This document shows, one piece after another, positions 27,752 to 41,200 of a stretch of 64,000 nt of DNA (its first letter is position 1; the number at the start of each line of letters is the position of its first letter). The DNA is from Raillietiella orientalis (lineage: Eukaryota), in contig JAYWIR010000046.1 in assembly GCA_036172245.1 (NCBI GenBank), positions 930,001 to 994,000 on the forward strand, in the 5' to 3' direction. The notes beneath the pieces were generated by a model that searched no databases, was not told where the DNA came from, and was given only the letters and a program-made list of their open reading frames with translations. The position numbers and the translations under genes are program-made.

Positions 27752-30700
27752 ATGGAAAATCCTTTGTCTCCCGATTTGTATCATTTGAAGTGGCATAATT
27801 TTACATCGGCATGGATGCAGTCTTTCCATGAAATTGTTGAAAGACAAGACTTTGTTGATGTTACCTTGGTAACAGAAGATAAAAAAGTCCAAGCACATAA
27901 GTTGGTTTTATCAGCAAGTAGTGATCTATTTTTAAAACTTTTAAAGGTGATTATGTTCTTGTGCACATTGAAGCTGAAAAATTTTTACAGGATTTATTAC
28001 AATTTTGGTATTTAGTGCAATAGTTTATATTTAGTCAATCAAATATCGAATAGTAAATTTAAATAGAATTTTTATTATTATGAAGGTTTGAATATAAAAA
28101 CGATATGAATGTTTTGAAGGTTTTCAATTAAAAAAAAATTATGTACACATTTTAAATTTCAAGGTGAATGATTCTGATCATGCTGTGGTGATCTTGAGTG
28201 ATATAGAATATGAAAATTTAGCAGCAATTCTGAGGTTTATTTATTACGGAGAAGTGAGCATGCCTCAGTCACAAATGGACTCCTTTTTTAGAGCAGCCAA
28301 AACATTAAAAATTAAAGGTATTTGGGATGAACAGGATTTAAATGATGGGAATAAAGAAAACCAGGTAATTTTTTATAATTCTAATAAAGCTTAACTTTGA
28401 TAAGTCTAATATTGATTTGGTGCAATTCGAAAATAATGTATTAAATAATTTTGTAAATTAATTGATGAAACATTTGACATATAAACACATTGAATCATAA
28501 AAGTATTCTAATTTGCAAAGTGATTTCTTCTAACAAAAACGAGATTGGAGGAGTTTCATGATAATCATACTATATCAAAGGTCCTGATGAAGTATGATTT
28601 CAAAAACAAAAATGAGATAAAGTTACACATAAAATTTAAACTGGACTGACTTGTAACATTTCATTTACTTGACAACTGATCTTTAGCTTTAGCTTACTTC
28701 ACAAGCATGTGAAGCATGATTTTTAATGTATTGTATGTGTTATGATTATGACTCAGAAGTAATGATGTCAGAATGGTTGCTGGATACGCATATTTTCAAA
28801 AAGTAGTAAATTGTGCAAACAAAAATCTCAGTTATTTGAAAGCAATTTATTATTGAAAGCAATGTAAAAAAATTTTTTTTTTCTTGTTCATGTATATGTT
28901 GAACATAGGTGTTGGTGTGTATTCACATATATAGAAATGCAAAATTACTTAATTTCTTACATAACATGAATTATCTACCCAGTTTGCATCCCTTGCAAAA
29001 ATAGTGATTTGTGTGATGTGGCATTTTAAAGATTAAATTGGGTTAAATACTTCTAAAAATTCAATTTTCAAAAAAAATTCTTCTAAAAGCTATGATATGC
29101 TTTTAAGCTTTGGCATGTGATCAGTAGCTACTTATGATAGCTTGATTTTCATAAATGGAAAAGAATGTTGACATTCTTTTCCATTTATGAAAATAGGAGT
29201 CTGTTATAATTTGAAGCACCTCATCTTTATCACATTTTTTCATTTATGCATTCATTCAGACAGTCACTATTTAAAAATTGTTTTTGAGATGTTCAAAAAG
29301 CTATAAGTGCTCAATTTTTTTTGTTGGATAACTAATCCAAGAAAAAAAATTATCTTTATTTATTGGATGGATTATGTTTTTTAAAATTTCATCACTCTTT
29401 AGCAATATTGTAAAGAATAGTTGATATGTAGTCTTAATCATGCATATACAGGAAGCAATGTATGTTGTAATAAAGTGATGCTGTCTAGGAATGTTGTCTA
29501 AGCAATGTTTTTCATAAATTCGTTTTATTCCAAAGTATGCTTTTCCCATAGATTTGTGTATCAATTTTTTGTACAAGAATAAACATTCTACTGTGTTTTA
29601 TAACAACTAATGCTGTGAATAACCTTTTGTGCTTCAGGCTGAAATATTTTTCATATATTAACATTTTTCAGATTACTGTTAGATATCCATTATTGAAATT
29701 GATTACATGAACAGTGAAAGTTGGCTTATGTGCTTATATTCATACATTTCAATGTGAAATAATTTAGAAATGATAATTGTTCTGTATAATTTATTGAAAA
29801 TAAAGGCAGTAAATTGTCTTCTCATTAATCTTATGTTGCATGATTTTATGAAAGTTTGTGTAAGAATAAAATGAGTTTTTCTTTATAATTATGAAGATAT
29901 TGGATAAAAATTGGAGGTCAAATTTTGTAGATTGTTGTGTACCATGTTGTCAGTGTCATTTAAGGTTCTTTGGATAGGGACTTAGTTTCATGTGATGGAA
30001 TTATAAAAGTAAAATGAGCATAAAGATCGTAGATCGTTCTTAACAAGGATTTCTTTAATTAGTAATACCGAAAATTTTTGTACTTTCTATTTCAGCTATT
30101 AGTTATGTACAACTTGATTCATTATTTTCATTTCTGCATTTTTAAACTGATAACTATGAAAAATTACTGAATACTTTGGTATTTTATGTAGTCTTATTTT
30201 TAAAACAGCATCTTAAGTAATCCTATTTTCATTTTAGATTTAGATTATTGCTTTGTTGATCCTCTAAATAGTTAAAATCGTTGATCTTCTGAATAGTTAA
30301 ATAGCTTTCTATAGATGGAGTCATTAAGCATACTCAATTTCTGCATTATTTTAATTTTTAGGAGTCACTTTTGATGTGGAAAATGCTGATGTTGATAACT
30401 ACAATAGCGAAAATGTAAAATCTTTAATAATGATCTAGTAACTGTCCTTAGAATAGTAATTCCACGAGTGGGTATCACACATTTTGGAGATAGCTTGCAA
30501 AATGTGTTGCATATTTTTACTTTTATTTTTTTCATTTTGTATATTATGTAATGGATGCTTATTTCTCATGCTTTTCCTGCAAGGTTTTTGGAGCTCAAAG
30601 CATTGGTCTCGAGCATTTTTTATTCCGTATTTGGCAACTACACAGTACCTTGTATTTTTTTTCAAGGATTACATTGTTTAAGAGTGCTTTAGGTACTTTG

Positions 30701-33700
30701 ATAATGCTGAATAAAATTTAATCATGTGAAGTATTAATCCGAAAATTAACCTACATTTTAGCTTGATACTAAATGCACTGTTTCACTATGTACATTAAAA
30801 GATACATTAAATGGAAGACCCAGCATGTTTCTACCCTTGAATCCAGCACTTAGAAAAGATAAATGTACAAGTTGTGAGTTCACTTATCGTTTTGGACTAT
30901 GGAGGTGCAGCAGACCTTGTCCTTATAGTTTTAATAACAAAAAAGAGCAAGACAGTGCTTTACAATCTTATTAATTTTTTGAAAAAGCATTCACTCTTAA
31001 ACTTTAATAGATTTTTTTTGTATGTTGTTTGCTTGCACTTACTTTTGAGTTTTTTAACAAGTGCGAGATAGTTTCGTCATTGTTCCACTCCTTGGATTTC
31101 CCATCGTTAATATGTTTGGTTTCATTTTGGTTCACCTTCTGTATAAGTTTGTACGTATCCGATCCGTTCATTGTGGAGTTCAGCAGTAATTTACGATTGA
31201 ATGATTTTCTTGAATTAGTGTGTGTAACATAGGCAATCATGCATTTTTGGTTTTTGCGCATGCCTCTTTTCATTTGTCTATACATAATTACGTTGTTATG
31301 AAAACTGACATTATTTAAGATGTATTGTGGAATGTTTCGATGTATTATGTTTAAATATAAAGTCCATAATGCAATTGATAGCTGAATTTTTCATGTCATG
31401 AAATTTAATGCACTGCTTCATATTTGTATTTAGCATATTTGGAGTAAGAAGCAAATACATCAGAATGTAGTGAATGATGATATTCTCATATTAAGAATTT
31501 AGATTATTCTAAAATTAGAAAAAAAAATATATAATAGGAGTTTGCGAGAACTGGACATTTTAGTTACCATTTCTATAATTCGTTTTCATTTCTTTAACAA
31601 AGTTTAGTATGTAACAAGTGCAGTAAATTAATGCCGAACTGATCGGATCCTGGTTTTAACAAATATTTGATTCAATTATGAACTAATTTATTTTAGACTT
31701 ATAGGCTTTCAAAATTATTACGAATATAAAAATGCAAACCACACTATTGACACTGCGGGTTCACTCCACATGTCCATGTTCGACAACCTAATCAGTGAAT
31801 AATAATTAAAAGTCTCAGTCATTGTACTGAAGGATGTTCAAGATTATTTCAACTACTTGTGTGTTCAGATGTAAATATTTGTTAGCATTAAGTATTTATT
31901 TGCAGGTGAAGTTTTGTAAGGACGTTTGATAAGATTTGCATATAATTCAAAAATTGTTTGTGAGAATAATCAAAGAGGGTAATGGTTGCGGAGTAGCAAA
32001 AATAGACGGTAATCAATGGGAATTTGATCAAGGCAATTGCGTTTTTAACGAACTATGTGATATTTGTCCGCAAGAATTATTTTTCTTCGGAGTTTTCTGA
32101 TTTCATGTATGGAAAAAAATGCTACAAACACCATCACATTTTTTTCTTCTAATATTCAATACAACATGAACATAGGAAATAGACAACCCCATTAACACTG
32201 TATCAGGAATCAGTTTTCTTCATTTTGTATGCTGCAAAAATATTAGTTCCGGCTGCTTTCCAGAAATGAAATATTTGTATTACTGGCGACTTTCATAAAG
32301 ACAAAATTCGGTATATTGACACGTAATAGTCTTATGAAGTGCCCATTCCTCAAAGGGTATTAAGTGATTAATGCCATAGTATTATGATTTTCGTTGATTA
32401 GAAATATCTGATTATTTTAGCAACTCATTATAACTTACATTAATTACTAATAAAGTTCTGGTTGTGGAGATTCTTTGAAATTAGCTGGTAAAAAAAACTC
32501 CTTACAAAACTATTTCTGATCGCAGTTTACCAAATTTCATGTTTGGTAAATTGATGTTAGATGCAACTGTAACTTTTTGAATGATCCAGGTCACGTTTGT
32601 GTCGTAAGTGATTCTTTTTATTTGAGAAAAGTAATAATAGGCAGATGTGGGTTGGTTATTAGAATAGCTCATGTGCGTGCTTATTGATGCAAAGTGATTC
32701 TGAATGCAAACATAAGGAGAGCCCTTGTAAGAAAATAATCCATAATCCAAAAATACCCCATTAATATTTTAAAGCAAAAAATCCTTTAAGAGCTGTCTTC
32801 TCTTCGGATTGAATCAGCATAATGAATCACGAATTACGCATTTCATATGTATGCGCGTGAAACCGTTTTGAATTATATAATGCTTATGATTGGGTTTGTA
32901 TAATGAATGAAATTGTTGAACTAAGGAGCCATCCAAACATGACAGTAAACAAATAGCATTTCTCCCCTCATCTGCATAATTATTCAATTGTTTTTGAGTT
33001 AGTTTATATGCTTAATGTTGAGTCATATGTTAGTTATAATGTGTATTACAGTACTCTTTTAATAACGTTACTTTGAACAAAAGTGGAAAATTAATTCGTA
33101 ATATTTATTAAACTAGGAAAAGCTCTCAATGTTCGTAATTAGTCCAGATTCAGTATGCTGATTTTGAATCGTAGTACTGAAGTCAAACTCTATGCTTTTG
33201 AAAATATTTCATTGGTTTCACTGAAGTTCGTAATTCGAAAACCTAACGTAAATGCAAAAGTAATGAAAAATCAGTTTGAAGCTTCGTTTTCAGTGTCTTA
33301 TAATTTTTAAATATGAATGCGTATGCTACACAGGTGCTCATTTAACATCAATTACTGATGCCCGTTTTAGAAGTATGATTTGAAAAGTACCGCTCCTCAT
33401 TCCTAACGCATAATTTGTGGTGAACATATTTTTGTGACGAGAATGATGTCATTTAGATAAGGCATGTCAAATAAAAAATGCATATGATTAACGAAACATC
33501 AAATTGCAATTAATTTTTTACTTTTAAAGTCTTACAAACAGAGGATACGGTTCTCAGGATTTTCGAAATAAAGGTAAATCATTGTACTGAATAAAGGAGG
33601 CCGAATCACACTTTGAATTCATGAGACAGAGAGTAGCAGAGGTCGTGCAGACTATTTTCGTGTCTGTTTTGCAAGGCAGGTCTCGCACGAAATCATGATA

Positions 33701-35005
33701 TCTTTAGAAAATAATGTTTTGTTCACTCCATTTTTTAAAGTATGCTTTTTTAATTTTAGTGTTTAGTTTGTTTTTAGGGGGGCTAATATTCGTACCAACT
33801 GTTTAACTTTTTTCTTTCAAATGTTTTTGCAAGAAAATATCTAGGTTTTTCAAAGTGAAAGTCTTATAAATGCTTGTTGGTATTTATTCATTATTCGTGA
33901 AAAAATAGTGGTGAAGTATGTAGCGTGTCAAAAAGTTGCGTGAGGAATACTTAACGAATTTTTAGATTAATTACTACTGTAACGTCATTGAATTTAAGTA
34001 ACCAAATGACCGATAACCCTAGAGTTATCGTTTATGGTAGCCACTGTGACGTAATTCTTTTATGACTACATTATCACCATGGATTAGCTTTGGGATTCTG
34101 AAAAAGAAGCAAAGAAATTGCATTTTATTGAAACAGTGTTAAAGCCTAGAATGTCAATTTAGCCCGTTTTTTCACAGCACAATGCCTTTTTTACTTTTTT
34201 AGGATGCCAAGTCTGCGACTTCTGAAGATGCTCTTAATGCATCGTGTCTTACCGCTCCAGAAGGTTGTTCTAGTACCAAAAGGCCTCGTACAGGTATATT
34301 TGGTGAAATCCTATCCATTGGTATTATGTTTTGCTAGATGCTCCATGTTTGGGACCAACGCTAGATCTGAATAGTACTGAACCTGGCTCACATTTCGGCC
34401 GGGAAGTGTCAAACAACCTAATTTCTCACTTATCCTATTCTGCCATATATCATCATCAGTTACATCCCCATCAACCTCAGCCTGTAATTCAGGAAACTCA
34501 TTTGGTTCCTCCTATGACAGCTTTTCCTTTTACTAGCCATTTAGCACCTCAACCTCCATTCACCCCTGTTACCATGAATAGCGGACTCCAGTTTGCAGAT
34601 ATGGACAGCAGAAAAAAAGGGAAGCGGAGGAAACGGAAAACAGAAATGAATCCCGATACTGGAGGCAAGTATTTTGATGCAAGTAAGTGAAGATTGTCAT
34701 TATTTATCCAATCAAGCAAGTAGAAAAAGTAAGGGTTTTGATTTACAGCAATTCTTCCATCATCCGATAAACCTGGCATGTGTCCTTTATGCTTCAAGAA
34801 ACTAAACCAAGCACGGAACCTCAAGCGACATATCACAAAGTGCCATGTCAATCCCTCCAAACAGAATCCAGGCTCTGTGCAGACGTCCAGTGCATGTCCC
34901 GAGTGTGGTCAATTCGTATTGCTGGCAGAATTCTATCAGCATATGACAGAAATGCACCGACATTCTAAAATTGGTTCTGTTACGAATAGCCCATATCCTT
35001 CCTGA
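27752..35005 (+). CDS. BTB/POZ domain + C2H2 zinc-finger transcription factor (tramtrack/broad-type BTB)
   Basis: Ttk-type BTB YHLKWHNF...FVDVTLV...AHKLVLSASS...ILRFIYYGEV...AAKTLKIKG in exons 27752-27946 and 28164-28364. In-phase exons follow at 34203-34293, 34338-34664/34682 and 34749-35005, with CPLCFKKLNQARNLKRHITKCH and CPECGQ...HMTEMH. Joining across the 5.8-kb intron is inferred from phase. Confidence 0.82.
29145..29194. repeat. Perfect inverted repeat, 24-bp arms, 2-nt spacer
   Basis: ATTTTCATAAATGGAAAAGAATGT-TG-ACATTCTTTTCCATTTATGAAAAT. Confidence 0.92.
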
Positions 35006-35203
35006 TACATATGTATGCCCCTTATTTCATTTGTAAAACATATTATTCTGTCTTGCTGACATATAGATATTGTTCGACTTTTTATCCTCGGTGTGGCAAC
35101 TGGTTGTATTTGTATAGATGGTATTATTTATTATAAATAAATTTTTTAGAACATAAATTAGATCTATATTTTCTTCCGATAGAATGGACAATAAAATGAA
35201 TGA

Positions 35204-38200
35204 TCACAGTTCGGTTCTCGTTGTTTTCAAATTTTTTCCGACGTTCGAAAACAAACTCGGAATGTTTTCGTTCCAGAATTTAAGAATCTCCTTCTTGAAG
35301 TTTTCTTCCAGCCCTGGAGTTTTGTTAATATGAAAGTAACGAGATTTTTTAATAGTGTAGGGTGCCCAGGCTGAATCGATGTCTTCAGTTAGAGTAGGAG
35401 TTGGGATACTGAACGGTCGTGAAAACAATTATTCAAAAGTGCCGCTATTGTACCTGCTACGTGCAAAATTCACAAACAGTGGAACGGATATTTTCTTGCC
35501 AAATTCAATGTCCTCGTCTCTCATTTTCAATTCTTCTCCCCAGATATTTGGAAATAAGTACTGTAAATCATCTCGGTGGGCGACATCTGAAAGTTGCATT
35601 AGTTTTTTACCGTCTAGAGTAAGGTGTTCATAATTCGGCAAAGTACTGTTTTTATAGACGTGCCCTAACATAATATACATACATGTCTTGTTATTGTTTT
35701 CTCCATATATTTCCGTTATGGAGTGTTCACCTGCGTAATCGAAACTGTAAACGTACACAGGTACGCTGTAGTTGGCAAAAATCTTAGCAAAAGTATCGGT
35801 ACAACGAGTAAACATAAGATCGGTCAAAAACTGAAGCCACATGAAAATGTAAGATTAGTATGATTCGATAGCTACCTCGATAAACCGTGGCTTGAATTCT
35901 TCTTCCTTTTCTAGATCCACGTTATTGAAATACCTTTTCTTCACTGCTCTCATAATGGAATATAACTTGCTATTATATCGACTGATCACTGGTAGTAGCT
36001 TCGGTAATTTACGTTCCAAAAAGTTGTCATCGTAATTTCCGTTATTGAAGGTGTTTAGAAGTACTAAACGAAAATTATTAAAATCCTGAATTGCTAGCAT
36101 GCATGCGACACACAAAAAGCAGATCTTACATCTATAAAAAAATGCGCCTTCATCCTTGGTGTTACCTACTATAAGGGGGACTCGATTAAATTTTCCTTCT
36201 TGAAATGCTTTTACTGGTTCTTCACGTATATGGTTGTTATCAATAACGGGTGCGAACCATCGAGGAAAAGAATAGAATGTCTGAAATGGAATTTCACAAT
36301 ATAAGAGTATTTTATGATAGGCATTCACATACTTGAAAAACAAACAATAAAGAACGCTTACGAATATGTTGTTGCTCTTTCCTATGACTTCTGAGATCGT
36401 TTTTTTACGAATACAGTTTAGCGTGTCAAGAGGGGAATCCTTTACACATCCCACTTCAGACGCTAATTCTTCCAGAGTCTCTTTAGGACGAGGTTGGAAG
36501 TATATATCACAGACTGCATTTCCACTTAAAGCTATAGCTGAAGAGAAGAGTCCTAAAAAAAGATTCATCGCTCATTAATTTTTAGCAATTTATAATAATG
36601 AAAGTAAAAACTTTAGATTAAATTCAATAATAATGTCCCTTGTACATAATAATTAGCTTCAAAGTTTCAGAGTTCAGGCATACAAATCGAGTCATATATA
36701 TAAACTTTTTCAATTAAGAGTTCCTTTTCTTGAATGCTGTTTAGATTTCCATATAATGTTTAAACTTTCCAAAGTTTCCGAAACATTTTAGAACTCGCAA
36801 AAAACGTCGCTGCACTCCACCCCCCTCAAAAAAAAGACTCTAAAGGAAATAATATATAAACAGTGGTAAGTCTCTCTACACGAAGACAGTCATATATGCA
36901 ACATCATTTCTCACGTATATCTGTTAACACGAAACAAAGTTCTATTCAACCATTTCAGCAGAGCTATGGAGGGCTTGAGCATTATGGCCATGATTATCAG
37001 TACTTATGAAACTATGTCAAAAATAGAAAAATTAATAATTTAAAGGACTTGGGATCCTCAAGATCGGCCGATAACCAGAGAAAGTCAAATTCTGACGTAC
37101 GAAACATTATTATTTAAAGTATCAACTCATAATGTAAAATCAGAATGCATCCAAATTTGGGCCTTAAGATAAAATTGCGAATTTAATCCTACAAACTAAG
37201 GAGGAAAAAAAAAAAATGTAAAAACATGTGTGGATATGTAGTTTGATTCGACAGTAGACCGATTTGCAAGCAGTAAATGAAGCGCGCTGCTCAGTAATTA
37301 CTAGAAACATTTGGAGGGGGGGGGGGGCACACGATTAGAAACCCGAAAGTTAGTCTGACGAAGTGAGCCATTTAGGAAAAAATACTCTCCAATATAAAGC
37401 AAAGCAAATGCAAAAAGATAGTGAGGTAGGAAAGTGGTTTACAGCGTACAATACCCTGTTTAGTCTTCTCTTCGTTTAGTTACTATAATAATTTTCTGCC
37501 CTCTTTATGTGGTTCAATCTATTTCAAAGTCTCCAGAGACTTCCAACCGCATTATCATTAAAAAAAAAAAAAAAAAAAAAAAAAGTGCAATATGAGAAGC
37601 ATGAGATTCATTTCCTTAGATTTGCAACATTTTCGCCTTTATCTGCTGCGAGAGTGAAAAAGATTAGCTCAGATAACTGATGTGACAAATAGCTGTGACA
37701 ATTGATGTGGCAATCAATTCACTTTATTGAGCGCTTCATCAGAAATTGGACCATTTTATTTTCCTTGCCTTTTTCTTATTTCTGTTGAAATATTGTCTGG
37801 AAATCTTAACATCTTATTTCGTTATTCATTCTTACACTTTTTCAAGAATATATAATTCTACCTTTCGTACAAGAAACGGACATGCTCCGGGAAAATTTTC
37901 AAACAGAGGTTCAAGCACCCTTGGTTTGTTAACTTATGAAAAAAAAAAAAAAATTATGTATATTTTCCTGTAAATGTAAGGCACAATTACCTGTTGTTCT
38001 TTTATACACTGGCTTTCAGGAACGAGAATAGTGCTCGTTTTAAGTGTTCGGTTGTATGTGTTAAGCATCCAAGAAAAAAACAGTAACGTAGGGAAAATAA
38101 AATCATTACTGTATATGTATGGAGATTATCATTCATAATTAACAAGCGGCATCGCAGGTTTCTGAGGAATCATTTACAGATACTGCTTACCCCCTATACT

Positions 38201-41200
38201 TCAATAGAGTAATTCACGATTTATAAAGTTCACGACCTAATATCATGTGAGACCTACCCAGTCATAAAAAGGACGAATTCAAAATCTACATAATTATCTA
38301 ACCACTAATGTTTTTGTCATCATACTTTTTCTGTACTCGTTCCTTTTTTCTGGATTTTTCTCGCTAACCTCCGCAGCAACGCATCAAGGCTAAGGAATTA
38401 GGGTGTCCAACTATGTTGTAGAGAACGAGGTGCTCCGTCCGTTTTCAGAGATCTAAGACCACACATTTCACTTTTGATCTTACTCTTTGTCACAGATTGG
38501 TGAGAAGTTTCGAATTATCCACACATGGATCACAAACTCCACGTCTTCCCTCGACAAAACTGTGGCTGCTTAGCCAAAATAGCAAGGAGTATCTATCGTT
38601 CTTTGCTAACGTCTATCACAAATCGTTCGATGTTTGGAAGATGGCAGGCATCCATATCTCCACATTGGTGCAACGATGATGATTCGTTCAGCAGCGATAA
38701 GTTTTTTTTTATTTTAATCATCATCTTGCTCAGAAGCAAGACGCGATCGGCATTCACGTAAGTTTAACCCTCTTTTCGGTAATAAGGCTAAGACAATTTC
38801 GCAGCACGCGCTTCCGTTTTTCCATTGGTTCACTCGGACCGATTTTTCTTTCGAAGCCACGCTGCTGTTCTTGCAATGACGAATTCTTCGCCACATAACG
38901 GTGACGGTCCCATTACGTAAGCTGGGTATTGAATTTCTCGGCAGTTCAGTTTAGGCAAATGGCGTCATATTTTCGAAAATTTAAATTAGCTTCTTTTTGA
39001 AATGTACATGATTTTGTCCTGTGTAATCTGTTGCTTTAGCATATTTCGTAGAAGTCAATTTGTTTAGACATGTAAAAGATAGTGCTCAGCCATTTTGTTT
39101 TTCTTCGTAAAATTAAGTCGACAATTGAGGGCTACTTTCATCGGCACATACACCATGTATTATACAACCGAAAATTAAACACGATTTAATGATCTAATAT
39201 TTACTTGCAGCAAGAATAATGACAACAAAAATTCTTGAAAGTATACATTCCGTATACATGTACACGATATTACCCAGTTGCGCATGCAATCCGTAATAAT
39301 CCTTTGATGCTTCACTCTACAGAAACAGAGCCTTCTGTTTCATTAAAATTGAAAAGGAAAGTGACGATAGGCTTTGGGATTACACGATAATTTTCTAAAG
39401 AGGAAGGTGAAGCATGTGGGTTTCCTACGGTGAGCATGCAACTCAGAAATGACTCCTATGTTTTCATAATATGAAACGTGAAAACCTGGGAATTTGAATT
39501 GCCCTTTGGGAAAATAACAACGGCGAAAAGGAAGGAAATACTGTGTGCACACAAACTGCGAACGTCTACGGATGCCAAGCTCCAGAGCACGGGCAGAACA
39601 ATCTGCATCGTAGGTTTCTCTCTAGGCTCACACACACACAAAAAAAAAGAAGTCGAGTGCTAGCTTGCGTTCCAGAAGCACGACTAGACGCCCTGTAAGC
39701 AATGTGTTACGTCACTGGAGACTCGCGCGCGCTACGAGGTTCTAAGTTCGAATCATTCTGCAATATTTCTATGCCATGCGTCAATATTGCAACCCTGCAT
39801 TTTCAAAGGTGCTGAAATTTCAAAGGAGGGGGCAGCGAGACCGTTATCTAGCCGGGAAGTAATAAGAGGTGCGCTCTCTCCCTGAAGATGGACCTTAATG
39901 ATTAATGTTCATCGTCTTCGCATCGAGATTCGGATGCCGAACGGAACATTCGTTTTCCCTTGCTGGGATTCGTTGAGGGTAACGGTTCCATCTTGCCATC
40001 GTTTCAATTTACTCAACAGACTGCAAGTCAAGCCCGGACGTGTGGAAAAAAACAAACCTTTTTGCAACAAGGGTCACGAATTGGGCTTATTGGGGAGAGA
40101 TCGCGTCTTTCACCCCTGCTTTTATTGTAATTCCAATACTGTCGAATGTCACGCGGATGTCTCAAAGGAACACGAAAAAAAATTCTTTTTATTTACCTCT
40201 GGCGTGCGGACTAAGCAACAAGTAAGTGATGCTGGCTGCTCCAGCCTCTTCTCCAAGAAGAGTGATTTTGTCCTTGTCTCCTCCAAAGAACCCAATGTTC
40301 TCCTTAATCCATTTCAAAGCCAGTACCTGATCATCTAAAGCGTAATTTCCCGGAGCTAATTTGTCTCCAGTACTCAAGAATCCTGTTTGGCATAAGAAAC
40401 GATAGCAGTTGCTTCTGCGACAGCATTACTTACCAAATGCTCCCAGCCTATACTGGATAGTGACTACTATAATGTCATGCTCCAGAAAGTACACTGGGTC
40501 ATAAAAGTAGCTTACAGCACCTCCCTGGATAAATGCTCCGCCGTGGAAGAACACTATGACTGGTGCCACTCCGTTTCCTCTCTAGATACAGTTTGGTCAT
40601 TGATCAAAATGCTTCATGAATCACGAAGCCGAACGCTCTATTCTCGACAGAGAAACCGTATAAACAAGCCTCGGGGTCGATACCCCCCAGAGAGGCTCCC
40701 TTTTCGAACCCTCATTCGCCTCATTGCACGTATCCTTCACATCGGTCAGAAGCGCGCAATGTATGTCTGTCCTTGGAGGAGTCGACTGTTGTCAAAACAC
40801 CCTTTTGTCTGTACAATTTCGGGGCCAACGCGTGCACAACCACGAAAGAAATGTTGACCCAACATGTGCAGCGGCCCGAACGAACATTTTGGGTGGTGTC
40901 GATGCTTCTCGATTTGCAGCCACCAGATTTCGACGACTGCTGTGCATGATCTCACCATGGCATTTCTAGAATAGCCAAAGGCCCACCTAAGCACCAGCTA
41001 GCCTTGCACAAAATGGTTAGTGAAGAGATCGAAAGGACTGGATAGAGAATGTACGCTTCGAGCCCGACCCGAAATTTGGTTGACTCAGCAGTTGCGCGGC
41101 ACGGATAAAGTTCGGAAACTTAATGGTGTTTCCTACTTGATCGTCTCAAATGGTCACGATGCTCGCATTATTCGAATCCTCTTCTTTTTTACTTCTTCTC

